Below the pieces are notes generated by a model, which made no database searches, was not told the origin of the DNA, and saw only the letters and a program-made list of their open reading frames with translations. DNA of 64,000 nt from Squalus acanthias. Lineage: Eukaryota. Shown piece after piece: positions 1 to 13,375 of the stretch. The translations under genes were made by a program, and so were the position numbers. Within the stretch, counting starts at the first letter, position 1; the number at the start of each line of letters is the position of its first letter. The stretch is from assembly GCA_030390025.1 (NCBI GenBank), contig CM059432.1:151468001-151532000 (forward strand). Reading direction: 5' to 3'.

Positions 1-200
1 TTTATCCCTCAACCAACATCACAAAACAGATTATCTGGTCATGATCTCATTGCTATTTGTGGGACCTTGCTGTGCACAATTTGGCTGCCATGTTTCCCTA
101 CATCACAACAGTGACTACACGTCAAAAACAGTTCATTGGCTGTGAAGCACTTTGGGATGTCCTGAGGTTGTGAAAGGTGCTATATAAATGGAAATTCTCT
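1..200 (+). mobile_element. 3' part of a Deu-domain SINE (SacSINE1-like) with L2-type tail
   Basis: tttatccctcaaccaacatcac...gaaaggtgctatataaatg; homologous to copies near 40470, 53935 and 61970 in this window. Confidence 0.7.
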
Positions 201-339
201 CTTTTTTCTGCTTGTCCACGATCATTCTCAACTAGATATGGTAGTGCTGCAGAACTCTACTCACATCCATTGGTTGTCGGTCTGCTCAGCTCGGTCTGGT
301 TTTGGTGTTTAACATGCAGCTACCTTGTGCTGTAGCTTC

Positions 340-690
340 AGTAGGTTGCCAATTTATTCCAAGAGATGCCTGATGCTGCTCCTGGCATGCTCTTCTACAA
401 TCCTCACTCAACTAGGATTGGTGTCCCGGCTTGATGGTGATGGAGTAGTGATTAATGTTGCAGCCCACAAGGTTAAATTGTGGCTGTATACAATTCTGCT
501 GCTGCTGCCCCACATAGATCCCCAATCTTGGACTGGTAGATCTGCCCTTAGTTTAGCCCACGCAGCACAGCAACAGTGCCACACTGTGTGATGGGGTGTC
601 CTCATTGTGGAGGTAAAACTTGGTCTTCACAAGGACTGCATGATGCCCACTCCTGCTAATGTTATCATGTGCCTCCAACAGGTAGGTTAT
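340..690 (-). mobile_element. Old degenerate fragment of LINE family B (same family as 32655-35703)
   Basis: gctgctcctggcatgctcttctaca and acaattctgctgctgctg match the 34500-34750 region. Confidence 0.6.
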
Positions 691-1164
691 TGAGGTTGTA
701 GGTGTATGCACGGGTCTCCGTCTTCTCTACCTTAACTATTTAGGCAGAGAGTAAAAACATACTTCCACACTCCTATTACTGTAAAAGTAGACTACAGTGT
801 ACCCTATAATAATGAAGTGTAAAACTGGCATGGATGTAATCTCTCCTTTTTGTCCTTTACAGCTCATCTAGAAGTGGGACTTGATGGTACTGCCATTTAA
901 TGCTTTACCCATCCCTTTCTCTCCAGTGAAAGCAAGAGTCAGGGTTATTCCAGAATCAACACAAATGAAGCTGCTTTTTACAAATGAAACTAGAGACTCT
1001 TTAGTTCAAATCATCTATAGTTCAGCAGTCGCTGTATACGAAAAATTAAAGATTGATTCCAGAATACACACTTCGGAAGGGTTGACAGGCAAGGACATTT
1101 TTCTTCGAAAAGAATCAAAACCTGCCCCAATTGCAAAATGTGGCTGCTCTCACTGTGATCTTAC

Positions 1165-1387
1165 CAGTGAATTTCTGACTTATGGGCACACTGACAGGAG
1201 TAGGCTTCACCAATGTGGCTTTCCCTATAGTCTCCAAGTCTTTCAGATCAGGAACACGGTCATGGTAAATGAAGTCATTATCCTTCTTCGCTGCAGTTAA
1301 CGCACGAGAGATTTTGTCTGAGAGGTCCTTCACATTGATATACTCATCATACCGAGAGGCAACTGTCTTCACCAAGTCTGCTGCATG
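1165..1387 (-). CDS. PDCD6IP: PDCD6IP exon 8: HAADLVKTVASRYDEYINVKDLSDKISRALTAAKKDNDFIYHDRVPDLKDLETIGKATLVKPTPVSVPISQKFT(D)
   Basis: ataactcag|CATGCAGCA...TTCACTG|gtaaga; 223 nt; KKDNDFIY Bro1 signature; within ORF 1115..1420. Confidence 0.98.
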
Positions 1388-3129
1388 CTGAGTTATAAAA
1401 ATAGAAAAACATGAGTTCATCTGTTCGTGTATCTAAAACAAGCAGTTTTGATTTTTAAATTATTGTTTCAGACACTCCTCTTTAATTATACAGAGAAAGA
1501 AAATTTAAGGAATGAGGTTATGGCAATCTGAAAAGTTGTTGCTCAGGTTCATCAAATCCAATTTTAAAACTTCTGGTACAGAAGAAGCTTTGTAGAAGTT
1601 TTGAGTGGAACTGAAAAAATCACAGATTTAATGAAGTACATTTGTAGTTTGTTCAGAGTGAACACAAGATACATTTTGGAGACCTACTGGACAGGATATT
1701 TACCCAAGACGTACACCCAACCGAATGCGACATCTAAGTTTACACCAGTGATACAAGACTAGGCTTGGAGTGGTCGACCATGTTAAATGCTGCAAAGTAG
1801 TTGAGGCGGGATAATGCACAACGGTCACAGAGGACGTCATTTATGACTTTGATTAGGGCCATTTCAATGCTGTGACGGGGCGGAAACCTGATTGGAGAGG
1901 TTCAAACAGGGAGTTGCGGGAAAGTTGGGCACGGATTTGGGAGGCTTCGACACGTTCAAGAACTTGAGGGGCATAGGAGGGTTTTTTTTTGAGGAGGGAG
2001 ATGATTATGGCAGATTTGAAAGGGAGGGAACCATTTTCAGCATAAGCTAGCATGGGGGCCAGGAAAGGAAGTTACATGGTCAGCCATGTAGTGGGAATAG
2101 GGTTGAGAGAGCAGGAGGTGGGTCTTATGGACAAGACATAGGAACAGGAGTAGGCCATTTAGCCCCTCAAGCCTGTTCAGTCATGCAATGAGATCATGGC
2201 TGATTGCTACCTAACTCCATATACCCACCTTTGCCCCATATCCCTTAATACCTTTGGTTAACAAAAATCTATCCATCTCCAATTTAAAATTAACTGATCT
2301 AGCATCAATTGCCATTTGCAGAAGAAAGTTCCAAAATTCTACCACCCTTGTGTGCAGAAGTGTTTCCGAATTTCACTCCTGAAAGGTCTGGCTGTAATTT
2401 TTAGACTATGCCCCCGAGTCCTATACTCCCCAACCAGCGGAAATAGTTTCTCTCCATCTACCCTATCAGTTCCCCATATCTTGAAAACATAATCACCCCT
2501 GAACCTTCTAAATTCTAGGGAATACAACCCTATTTTGTGTAATCTCCCCTCGTAATTCAACCCTTGGAGTCCAGGTATCATTCTGGCAAACCTACGCTGC
2601 ACTCCCTCCAAGGCCAATATATCCTTCCTAAGGTGTGGTGCCCAGAACTGCTCACAGTACTCCAGGTGTGGTCTAACCAGGGTTTTGTATAGCTGTAGCA
2701 TAACTTCTACCCCACTGTATTCTAGTCCTCTAGATATAAAGGCCAGCATTCCATCAGCATTTTTGATTATTTTCTGTAGCTGTTCATGACGTTTTAATGA
2801 TCTCTGTACCTGGACCCCCAAGTCTCTTTGGACCGCCACTGTTTTTAGTTTTTCGCCATTTAGAAAGTACCCTGTTTTATCCATTTTAGGTCCAAAGTGG
2901 ATGACCTCACATTTGACTACATTGAAATCCATTTGCCACAGTTTAGCAGATTCACTTAATCTATCAATAACTCTGCAATTTTATGCTTTCATCTACACTG
3001 CCTACAATGCCGCCCATCTTTGTGTCATCTGCAAATTTGGATATGTGGCTTTCAATCCCATCATTTAAGTAGTTAATAAATATGGTGAATAGTTGAGGCC
3101 CCAACACATATCCCTGCGGGACACCATGC

Positions 3130-5799
3130 ATGTCAGGTGAATTCTTCATGGGAGAACAAGCCAAATACAATAAGTTGAGAGGGGATGTGAAAATGAAAAT
3201 AAGATTGGCAAAGAGAGAATATGAGAGTAGAATGGCGGTTAACATAAAAGGGAACCCAAAAATCTTCTACTGGCATGTAAACAGTAAGCGGGTAGTAAGA
3301 TGGAGGGTGGGGCCTATTAGAGACAAAGAAGGTGATAAATGCTTAGAGGCACAGGGCAAGGCTAGAATACTCAATGAGTACCTTGTATTAGTGTTTATGA
3401 GGTGGATACTGACAAAATATCAGTAGAAGTGGAAGTAGAAAAGGTAGAAGCAATGAAAGGGGTGAAAATTGATAGACAGGATGTACTAGAAAGGCTGGGT
3501 ATGCTTAGAGTGGACAAGTCGCCTGGTCCAGATGGCTTGCATCCCAGGTTGCAAAGGGAATTGGGGGAGGAGATAGCGGAAGGGCTTGCCATAATTTTCC
3601 AATCTTCCCTAGATGCGGGGGAGGTGCCAGAGGATTGGAAAGTGGCAAATGTGACACCATTGTTCAAGAAAGGGTGCAAGGACAATCCTAGTAACTATAC
3701 GCCGGTCAGTTTAACATCAGTGGTGGGTAAAGTTTTAGAAACAATAATCAAGGAAAAAATTAACGGGCACTTGGAGAGGTTTAAGCTAATTAAGGAGAGC
3801 CAACACGGATTTGTAAAAGACAGATCGTGTTTGACTAATCTAATTGAATTTTTTGATGAAGTAACAGAGGATTGATGAAGGGAATGCAATGGATGTTGTC
3901 TACATGGATTTTCAGAAGGCATTTGACAAAGTACCACATAGAAGGCTGGTTAACAAAATTGAGGCTCATGAAATAGGTGGGTCAGTGGCAGCTTGGATAA
4001 GGAATTGGCTTAAGGACAGAAAACAGCAAGTTGTGGTAAATGGCTGTTTTTCCAGATTGGAGGATGGTAGACAGTGGTGTTCCGAGGGTCAGTGCTGGGG
4101 CCATTGCTTTTTTTGATATGACCTAGATATTGGCCCGAAAATTAAACCTAATACGCGAGAGTACGCACTGTGTACTCTCGCGTATTAGATCCCGAATTGC
4201 CGGTTTCCTGCATGCACTGCGCATGCGCGGGAAACCGGCACTTTGTGAATTGAAAAGGGGGCGGTTCCTAAGTGAACCGCGTGCCCACTACAGGCTGTGC
4301 ACACGCAGTGCACTTAGTTTTTTTTCAGCTTTGAACGCGCAGGTAAGTGGTGAAGATTTTACACACAAAGAAAGCAGGCGTAGGACCCCCTTTTAACAAG
4401 GTAAGTAGTTAATTAAGTGTTATTTTAAATTTTTTTCAACAGGTTTATCTTTTTTTTAGAGACTTTAAACAAAAAATTAAATTTTTAAAAGTTATAAAAA
4501 ATAAACTTACCTTTCTTTAAAGTGGTTAATTTATTCAACTATACTTATTTTATTAATGTGATGGCTTTTTTTTTTAAATTTAATTGAGGTTTAGCTGTTC
4601 TTTTGGGGGTGTGTAGTATTCATAGCTTTGACAGGTCTTCCTGTCAAAACTATGAATGAAAGATGGTGGGCTGCCATTGGCTCTAACTGAATCACATGAT
4701 CCCAGAGCTCGCACGAACTAATTGCGCCTCTGAGTCACGCAAGCACTGCATGGTTCCAAGAGAGAGAGCCTTTGAAACTAAAGTTCGTGTGGGCCCGGAG
4801 CAAAAAGGTAGGCGCGGAGTGCGATATCGCGGGGAATCCTTACCCCCGCGGGAACCATCCATGTTTAATTTCTGGGCCATTGGAATACAGAGTAGAATTT
4901 CTAAATTTGCCGATGACACCAAACTTGGGGGTGTGGCAAACAGTGATGATACTACCAATCGACTGCAACAGGACATAGAAAGGCTAGCAGAATGGACAGA
5001 CAAGTGGCAGATGGAATTTAATAGAGAAGTGTGAGATGATGCATTTTGGCAGAAGGAACAGGGAGAGGCAATATACACTTAATGGCACAGTTTTAAAGAG
5101 TGTGCAGGGACAGTGGGACCTGGGAGTTAATGTGCATAGATCCCTGAAGGTGGCAGGACATATTGAGAGAGTGGTTAACAAAGCATATGGGATCTGATAA
5201 ATAGAGGTATTGAGTACAAAAGTAGAGAAGTTATGCTGAACCTTTATAAAGCGCTGGTTAGGCCACAACTGGGGTATTGCATCCAGTTCTGGTCACCACA
5301 CTTTAGGAAGGATGTGAATGCCCTTGAGAGGGTGCAGAGGAGATTCAGAATGGTTCCGGGGATGGGGGATCTTGGCTACAAGGACAGGTTGGAGAAGCTG
5401 GATTTGTTTTTATTAGAGCAAAGGAGGTTGAGGGGTGATTTAACAGAGGTGTACAAGATTATGACAGGTTTGGATAGGCTCGACGGGGAAAGGCTGTTCC
5501 CACTAGTTGATGGTACATGGACTAGGGGACACTGATTTAAGGTTTTGGGCAAGAGATACAGGGGAGGACGTGAGGAAAAACTTTTTTACGCAGCGAGTGA
5601 TGACCTGGAACTCACTGCCGACAGAAGTGGTGGAAGCAGAGACACTCAATGTTTTCAAGGGGAGACTGGATAGGCACTTGAGGGAAATAAACTTGCAGGG
5701 CTACAGGGATAGAGCAGGGGAATGGGACTGACTGGATTGCTCTAGAGAGCTGGCACAGACTCGATGGGCCGAATGGCCTCCTTCTGTGCCGTTATGACT
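3130..5799 (+). mobile_element. CR1 LINE RT region plus 3' UTR, nested in the minus CR1 and interrupted by a MITE at 4132-4878
   Basis: [42 protein letters not shown]; ends ...ggcctccttctgtgccgttatgactc. Confidence 0.9.
4132..4878. mobile_element. Non-autonomous DNA transposon (PIF/Harbinger-like MITE), 747 bp
   Basis: TIRs ggcccgaaaattaaac / gtttaatttctgggcc (14/16 match); 3-bp TSD ATT (4129-4131, 4879-4881); removing it restores CR1 gacctagatattggaatacag. Confidence 0.8.
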
Positions 5800-7340
5800 C
5801 TTGACATCCTGCCAATTAGATTCCCTGCCCATTATCCCTACGCTCTGTCTCCTGCAACTCAGCCAATTTCCTAACCAGGTCAATAATATGCCTTCAATTC
5901 CAAAAGCTTCAACTTTAGTTAACAGTCACTTATGAGGGACTTTATCAAATGCCTTCTGGAAGTCCATATAAATAACATCCATAGACATTCCCCTGTCCAC
6001 TACTTTAGTCACCTCTTCAAATAAATTCAATCAGATTCATCAGGCATGACATACCTTCCACAAATCCATGCTGCTCTCTCTGATCGACTGAAAATTTTCA
6101 AGGTGTTCAGTCACCCTATCCATAATTATTATCTCGAGCAATTTCCTGACAACAGATGTTAGGCTAACTGGTCTATAATTCCCTGATTTCCCTCTCTCAC
6201 CACTTAAATGGCAAAGTGACATGTGCAATTTTCCAATCTAAAGGAATGGTTCCTGAATCGAGAGAACTTTGGAAGATTATAGTTAAAGCATCTGCAATGT
6301 GCTCACCTGGAATGAAAACTATCTGGTCCTGGGGATTTGTTACTTTTTAGTGCAATTATTTTCTTCATTACTCTAATTCTGCTTATGTTAATTTTGCTGA
6401 GTCCCTGATTCAATATTAGTTTCCTTGGGATTTCCACAATGCTATCCTCTTCCTCTACTGTAAATATTGACGAAAAGTAATTATTCAACATGTCCGCCAT
6501 TTCCTTATCATTGACAATATCACCACTTTCAGTTTTCAAGCTGCCAACATTGCTCCTGACCACCCTCTTGTTCCTAATTGTAAAAAAAAATTGTGTTGAC
6601 TTTGATATCCCTTGCAAGTTTATCGTACTCCCTTTTTGTATGTCTTACTATCTGTTTGGTCACCCTTTGCTGTTCTTTGGATCTCTCCCATTCACCAGGA
6701 TGTGTTATTTTTTGCATTTTTGTATGCTTTTTCTTTTAATTTTATGTCGTCTCACCTCTTTAGTTGTCCATGGCTGTTTTTTTGGCAAGTAGAGCTCTTG
6801 CCCCTCAGGGGCAAAGACAAGTTCAGAGAGGGCATGAGGGATGATCGGAGAGAAACTGGAGAAAGATGCCGGTTCAGGGCTAGGGTGGTGGTGGGGGGGG
6901 GGGGGGGGGGGGGGGACATTGGCATGGGCAGGGGGAAGGGAGAGGTGCAGCAGAGGTAGCTGAATGGATGGTCTCAATCTTGGTGACAATGAAGTCCATA
7001 AGCTCTTGGCATTTGTTGGAGGTGAGGGTGAAGTGGGCCGGGGAAAGGGTGTAAGGGGATAGTTGGTAGTGGAGAAAAGAAGCCTGGGGTTATCTTTGGA
7101 TTCCTGGATGATCCTGGAGTTGTGAGCAGTTTTGGCAGACAACAGTTGGGCCTGATTTTCCTTGATGTGGTCCAGCCGAATCTGGGAATGAATGACTAAG
7201 CCAGTTGTGTGTCGTATACTTTCAAGTCTGCGCCCCTTGGACTTGAGAAAACAAAGATGGTGGCTGTACCAGATGGAATGACCAGGGTGGGGGAAGAGTA
7301 AGCATTTTACTGGGGACAAGTGCATCAAAGGTGGAGGTGA

Positions 7341-7662
7341 TAGAGTGGATGTTCAGAGACTATTTCCTCGGGTAGAGGCAGCTGTTACAAGGGGGCATAA
7401 CTATAAGGTGCATGGGGGGAGATATAGAAGGGATGTCCGAGGTAGATTCTTTACTCAGAGAGTGGTTGGGGTGTGGAATGGACTGCCTGCTGTGATAGTG
7501 GAGTCGGACACTTCAGGAACTTTCAAGTGGTGATTGGATAAGCACATGGAGCACACCAGAGTGATAGGGAGTGTGATAGCTTGATCTTGGTCTCGGACAA
7601 TGCTCGGCACAACATCGAGGGCCGAAGGGCCTGTACTGTGCTGTACTGTTCTATGTTCTATG
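7341..7662 (+). mobile_element. CR1 3' end fragment
   Basis: TRGHNYK...FFTQRVVGVWNGLP followed by a (ctatgtt)-type tail. Confidence 0.85.
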
Positions 7663-8329
7663 TGAGCGTGTGATTGAGCAGATTGATAGCTGCAGAGGTA
7701 TCGTGGCGAACAGAGGGCCAAAGGCTCGACAGTTTTAAAGTGTCATTGCAAGTGACTTGGTGGGAGATTCTTTCCAGGGCGGATGCAGAAGGAAGTAAGT
7801 GATGAGGCCTATAAGAAATGATCTGAAATGGCTTTGTCTGTGATTGAGACGATGGGAATGGAGAGGCCATGGTTAAGGGGATGGTCATGAATATGGGTAC
7901 GGAACTTTTATTTAATTGTAAAAACATGAAAAAATGTAATCCTCTCTGTTCCATAAACTTGGAAATGTATCCGTCAATTAATGAGAAAAATTGGAATTTA
8001 AATTGGAAACATTTCATACATCAGGGACCAGGGTTACAACAATTTTAGTAGGAGGTTTCTCAGTGCAGAGAACATTTAATTTCAAACAGAACAGCACTTC
8101 TGTTTGACTACTGTTATTGGGCATCTATTTTAAATGTAGACAGACCAAGCATGCTCAGCCAAAATCTTTACAACTGGAAATTCCAGCTAACCTGCACTGC
8201 TCAATCCCATTTCATAATAGGGCCAATGGTACAATGATAAACAATATCCACTCACTATTTTAGTGCTGCTTTGGAGGGGTGCTACAAAAAGAGCCAACAA
8301 TGCATTTAAGATGTTCACAGAAGGCTTAC

Positions 8330-8446
8330 CTGTAATCTTGCAATCTCCTCACCAAACTTCTTCTGTTGCTTAGTCAGAATTGATTGATGGTACTCTGCAT
8401 TGGCCTGCATCATGCAGTGTTTCGCAGCTAGAACAGGCAGCACTTC
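8330..8446 (-). CDS. PDCD6IP: PDCD6IP exon 7: EVLPVLAAKHCMMQANAEYHQSILTKQQKKFGEEIARLQ (alternative upstream acceptor extends it to 8461, adding YFYFQ)
   Basis: ctggtcag|TATTTTTATTTCCAG|GAAGTG...TTACAG|gtaagc; 117 nt (132 nt from the upstream AG). Confidence 0.97.
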
Positions 8447-11400
8447 CTGGAAATAAAAATACTGACCAGGGGAAAGTCCAACCACAAACAACCACAGACA
8501 ACAAGGGAATCAGGAAAGAGAAGGGGAAAAGAGAGGAAATTAGAATCAAATTAATGGTTTTTAGAAAGTCAGGTAGGTTAAATCATTTGGAATGTAAGTT
8601 GGGCAGTCAGGGGACTATAAATGGCTTGAATTTTGAGAGGGGAAAGCAGCCGTATCCTTAAAAATAAACTCCACACTAAAAGCACACTTGTTAATATTCT
8701 GGCAACAAATGGGTCACTTACCAAAAATCACAATAAAAACCCAAGCTCCACATATTATGTCATTGAAAAAATTGTAATTGCTTCACTCTCAAACTAACTT
8801 GCCCAATTGTTTATTAGGCTGGATTAACAATGGCAGAATAATATGTTGCGCCCCCAGAAAATCCAACTGAGTATGTAACAGAATGTGAGATGGGATTTGC
8901 TGAGGAGCAAGTTGTCTTCTCAGTTGAGGATCGGGAAGACGCATAAAAGGGTCTAAAGACGAAAACACAAAAATAGGAATAGATAATGCAAGAGTTGAGT
9001 CATGGTATCTATGGATTTGGATATTGAAAGCTGAGCTGCCCATTAAAATTCATTTTATATTCAGTTTTACAAGTGACCCATTTGTTTTCAGAACTGAAGT
9101 TTGCTATGCATAATTTAACAATTTGCTTGCGTGCAATTTACAAGCGCACAATTAACCCCTATCTAGATATTCCCAAAACTCAATCCAAGCTAGAACATGT
9201 CACTAGTAGTGGAATTTTTTTTTCAAACCAAACAGGTTCCTCAGTTAAGATTACAGTATTTTGCTGCCAGTCAGTTGGGGCAATAGACATGTTATCAGAT
9301 AACCAATTCACCATCATTTCTGAACTACAGTACTACCCACTTGAGCCTACACAGGCAAGTTTAACAAATAAGAGATTAATATAAATGTATTAAAGATAAA
9401 CTTTAAGCAGCTAGTTCACCCTGATCAATGTCTTACACAATCAATATATTTAATATCACAGCCTGAACCATCATCTGTACACAGCAGCAACAGCACAAAA
9501 GGTGGCATTAAACAAAGTTCATGATTAAATCAAGTAACTATTATCTGTTTAATCAAATCTTGAATATTTCAAACACACTGCAAATCTGGACAAACTGTTT
9601 TCACTTATTATAAACTTTTGATAAATGTTATGCCTAACAGTAGAGCTGCTACTGCTAGGAAAGAAACTTATTTTGGGTAGCCAGCATCATTCCTGGATCA
9701 GATACAGCAGTTACATGCCAAGTAAAGCTTTCTGCTCTGTTCTGACATCAAAAGTACTCCCCACTGCACTCATGAAATCGTTTCCCATTTCCCACGTTGA
9801 CCATCTTGCACAATCCCTCCAAATAAGATTGTCAATTTGATTCCAATTAGGGCCAAATTAGGAGCAGTTCTGTGCTGTGGTTTATGCCCACTACAAACTG
9901 GGTTTAGGCTACCCAAACATATTTCACACAGGATCCTTACAGCCAATCAGTATTAGCTGGATTGAAATGTTGATCCCCACAGATGGCAGGCTGTGAAATT
10001 CATTGCACTAGCCCATTATTCAAGAGCCCTTTAAATAGTGCCAGTTCTTCAGACCTCAGTATTGCTCCACCAGCATTTAGTGCCAGTAATCGCTTCCAGA
10101 TACAGAATTAGGTTAATTCTACTCTGCCCTCTTAACACAAGCAACTCTTGCCTCAGAAAAACACTTCCCAACCTCACTAATGTGAATGTGATAATTTCAC
10201 ACACCAGCTATCTTTTGTGGAAATGGCAATCTGTACCATTTTATACCATGAATGAGAACTGGGTTGTCCAAACTAATTTTACAAAAGGCTTTTATAGCCA
10301 GAACATAAACGTGCATCCCCATCAGTCTTCAATGAATTCAAACCCAGGTCCCTGAAGTGAAGAGTGAGTATGCTAACTCCTAACAATAACCAGTCCCCAA
10401 ACCTATTACTTGTTGATCTGTCTTGAATTAGTGCTCCAAAACTGCCTATCTTCAGAGAGATAAATTTCAATTTCAGTAAACCTGTTACTCTTAAGTATCA
10501 TAAGATTTTCCTGAAAATTGCTACTCAATTGCTCAAATGTAGTCAGAAACTGGTGCTGGTGTACTGAAGCTTATAAAAGGAAAAAAAATATCGCCCAGAC
10601 AGCATTTAACAGTATTCTGTAATAACTGTGAACGTGTGGAGTTGTTTTGTTGTAGATACTATAGTAGGCTGCAGTGTCCACACTACATCGGAAGGAAAGG
10701 CAGGGAGAGAACAGAGAGGACAACACGTGAGTCGAAGGGTGATTTGGGTGATTCTGGATAGACAGTTTGTTAGTCTGTAAGACAAGTAGTAATGTGAAAG
10801 TTAACAGACCGAAGGTGACAGAATTCAGAAATATGCAACAGTTTGTAATTGTACACATTAACCAACTAAAAAACCCAGCTGGCTTCATTCATTTTGGCAA
10901 ATACGAATGATTAAACCTCAAGTTTCACTTAAGATTGCAAGTGGCTTCATTTCTCACCACATTCACCGATAAACTAGTGTACATCTGAGCAATGGGTCTA
11001 GATACGATCCACACAAATTTGGCAAATTACTCAAAGCAGTCCAACTGTGACAAGTACAGAGACATGAAACAGCAAAAAATATTCCTAATAAAACATCAAA
11101 TAATGATCAGTTACAAATCTAGTAACATTCTTCATGCAAAAGATATATTCGGAGAATGCTGCCTTCCACTTTGACACTTAGTGAAGAAAAATATCCTCAA
11201 AAGGTTTTGCTGGGAGATGGGACTGGGAGGAGCAAAGCTCAGCTATAAATTAGCATAATTCACTGGCTAAACTTGATAAAAGTTGAAGCATCTGGTTTGT
11301 AGAAATCATTCTATTGTTCATTAATGGGCCTTCAAGCACATAGGTGTCCATCAATCGAAGTATAGGCCTTTAATGTAAACTGCTCTTTAAGCTGTCACAA

Positions 11401-12689
11401 TTTAAGCTCAACGGGAAATTGTGCAGGCTGTGAATTGGGTGTACTGATATCTGCACCCCATAAGCACTCCAGTCATACGAAGCTTTGCATCAGAATTGCT
11501 AAATTGAAAAATTTACTCCATTGTCTATACTTAGCAACTAACTTTAAAGCAAGCTATTGGAATACATATAACTCCAATTGAAGGTTTAGCGAAAAAACAT
11601 TTAACACTGAACTAATTAACTGAGAAGTCACTTACTACACAACGTCATTAATGGACACGCACATGTGCATACATATGGTTTGCTGCAAAGCCATTTTCAA
11701 ATGACATGAAACTAGTTTGGTGAAAATATACAAAATAATGTATCATATGGTAATAAGTAATAATTCATAGTTTATGTAATATCCATTTTGTGGAAGTCTG
11801 ATTAGCTGATGATCAAAAATTGTTAGGTGGACATAAAATTACTGTTTAAAAACAGATGTAGACACATACTGGACATTTTTAACTGGCATTATTAAAATGG
11901 ATCCAAGGAGCTAAAAAGTTCCATCAAATAAAGTTAAAACCTTGTTAAACATATTTGTAAATTACTAAATTAGCAGTTAAGACTATTATGACAAAATCCA
12001 AATCATAATCTTTCAAGTCCCTTCCCTCAAAATTTATGGAGGAAGTAGGGTGAGGACAAATGAAGCATTGCTAAGTTTTAGTGCTACATATTAAGATTTA
12101 AGTTGCTTTTACATTGGTCTTGCAGCGTGCTTGCACCACCAATTCCCAACCCTTTTTTCACCAGGTTTGCTCATCAGCATGTCTCAGTAAATCGACCGCA
12201 TTGGAACTGCCATTTGATGACCAAGACCTGCCAATCAGGAACTGGGTGGCTCATGCAGCCTTCCAAGCTTCATGTAAAAGCAACTTTACTCATTTTTGTT
12301 GCACAGCAAACCTGTTTGTAATAGCAAGGAACTTGTTTTAGTGAATTATTCCATGCCCAGACACAATTCAGCAGTAGCGTGCAGAAGTGAATGCTCCAGC
12401 AGTTCGGACAAACACACACATTTAACAGTAAATAAAGCAAATGTAATGGAATTCTTTTAACTGACTTTCAAATCAGAGGATGTCTTTATTTTCATCAATG
12501 AATAAAATTAATCCTTATTTTCCCTGTTTCTTCAATAAGCTTCAGTTCAAGAGGCCAATTGTTAAAATTAAACAATTTACAGATCCACAAACAGGAACAT
12601 TTTTCAGGCAAAATATAAATAATTTTTATTTAATGAGAAAAATTGTACACCAGTTTACACAACTTCTTAAAGCATTTACAACTTTCACT

Positions 12690-13375
12690 TAGGTAATGTC
12701 TGTCATGTAGAAAAACATTCCTAAGTGCTTCAGAGGTGTAAGGGAAAATCAATGGATGCGGAGCCAAAGTCGTAGATATTAGGAGGATCAAGGTCAAAAG
12801 CTTGGTCAGATAGGTTGGTCTTAAAGGAGAAGGACTTCTTGTGGGACGGATACAGGCAGCAGAGTTGTGGATGAAACAGAGTTTACGAAGGGTGGAGGCT
12901 GGCAGAGAGAGCACTGGAATGGTCAAATTTGGAGGTGACAAAAGGTTTGGATGAGAGTTTCGGGACGGAGGCAGCGATATTAGAGTTGGATGTAGGCGGT
13001 CTTTGTGATGGGGAGAATTATGGTGTCGGAAGCTCAGTTCAGGGCCAAATAGGATGTCATGGTTTGCGAACAGTCTGATTCAGACAGACAGTGGCTGAGA
13101 GGGGTGGAGTCAGTGGCAAGGATACAGAGTTTGTAGTGGGGGCAAAGACAATGGCTTCGGAACCCCCAACATTTAGCTAGAGGAAATTGCTGCTCATCCA
13201 AGATTGAATGATGGACAAACAGTCCGACAGCACAGAGGCAGCGTAGGGGTCGAGAGGGATGGCTGCAAGGTAGAGCGGAGTGTGATCAATGTATGCGAAA
13301 GCTGATTCCCTGCCTGCAGATAAATGTTGCAAAGAGGCAGCACGTAGATGAGGAAATGAAGGGGGCTGAGGATGC
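12690..13375 (-). mobile_element. Degenerate L2 LINE 3' region
   Basis: LSDCLSIIQSWMSSNFL peptide; homologous to the 41100-42692 element. Confidence 0.7.

Larger units (their letters stand above)
2136..6812 (-). mobile_element. CR1 (HER1-like) LINE, 5'-truncated, pieces 2136-3126 and 5800-6812
   Basis: RT motifs [34 protein letters not shown] in the second piece; frameshifted. Confidence 0.85.
1790..7895 (-). mobile_element. L2-clade LINE remnant split into 1790-2135, 6815-7340 and 7663-7895 by nested insertions
   Basis: RT peptide VLERVEASQIRAQLSRNSLFEPLQSGFR; ...ggtcttatggacaagac at 2135 resumes as aagacaagttcagagagggcatgagg at 6815; DNPRLLFST peptide. Confidence 0.75.

Noticed and set aside
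881..1300. 139-aa plus-strand ORF
   Set aside because: Antisense shadow of exon 8 plus intron; no recognisable motif.
4696..5034. Apparent novel N-terminus fused to an RT fragment
   Set aside because: Chance read-through from the MITE into the CR1 RT; short and truncated.
8380..8661. 93-aa plus-strand ORF
   Set aside because: Antisense to exon 7; not a gene.
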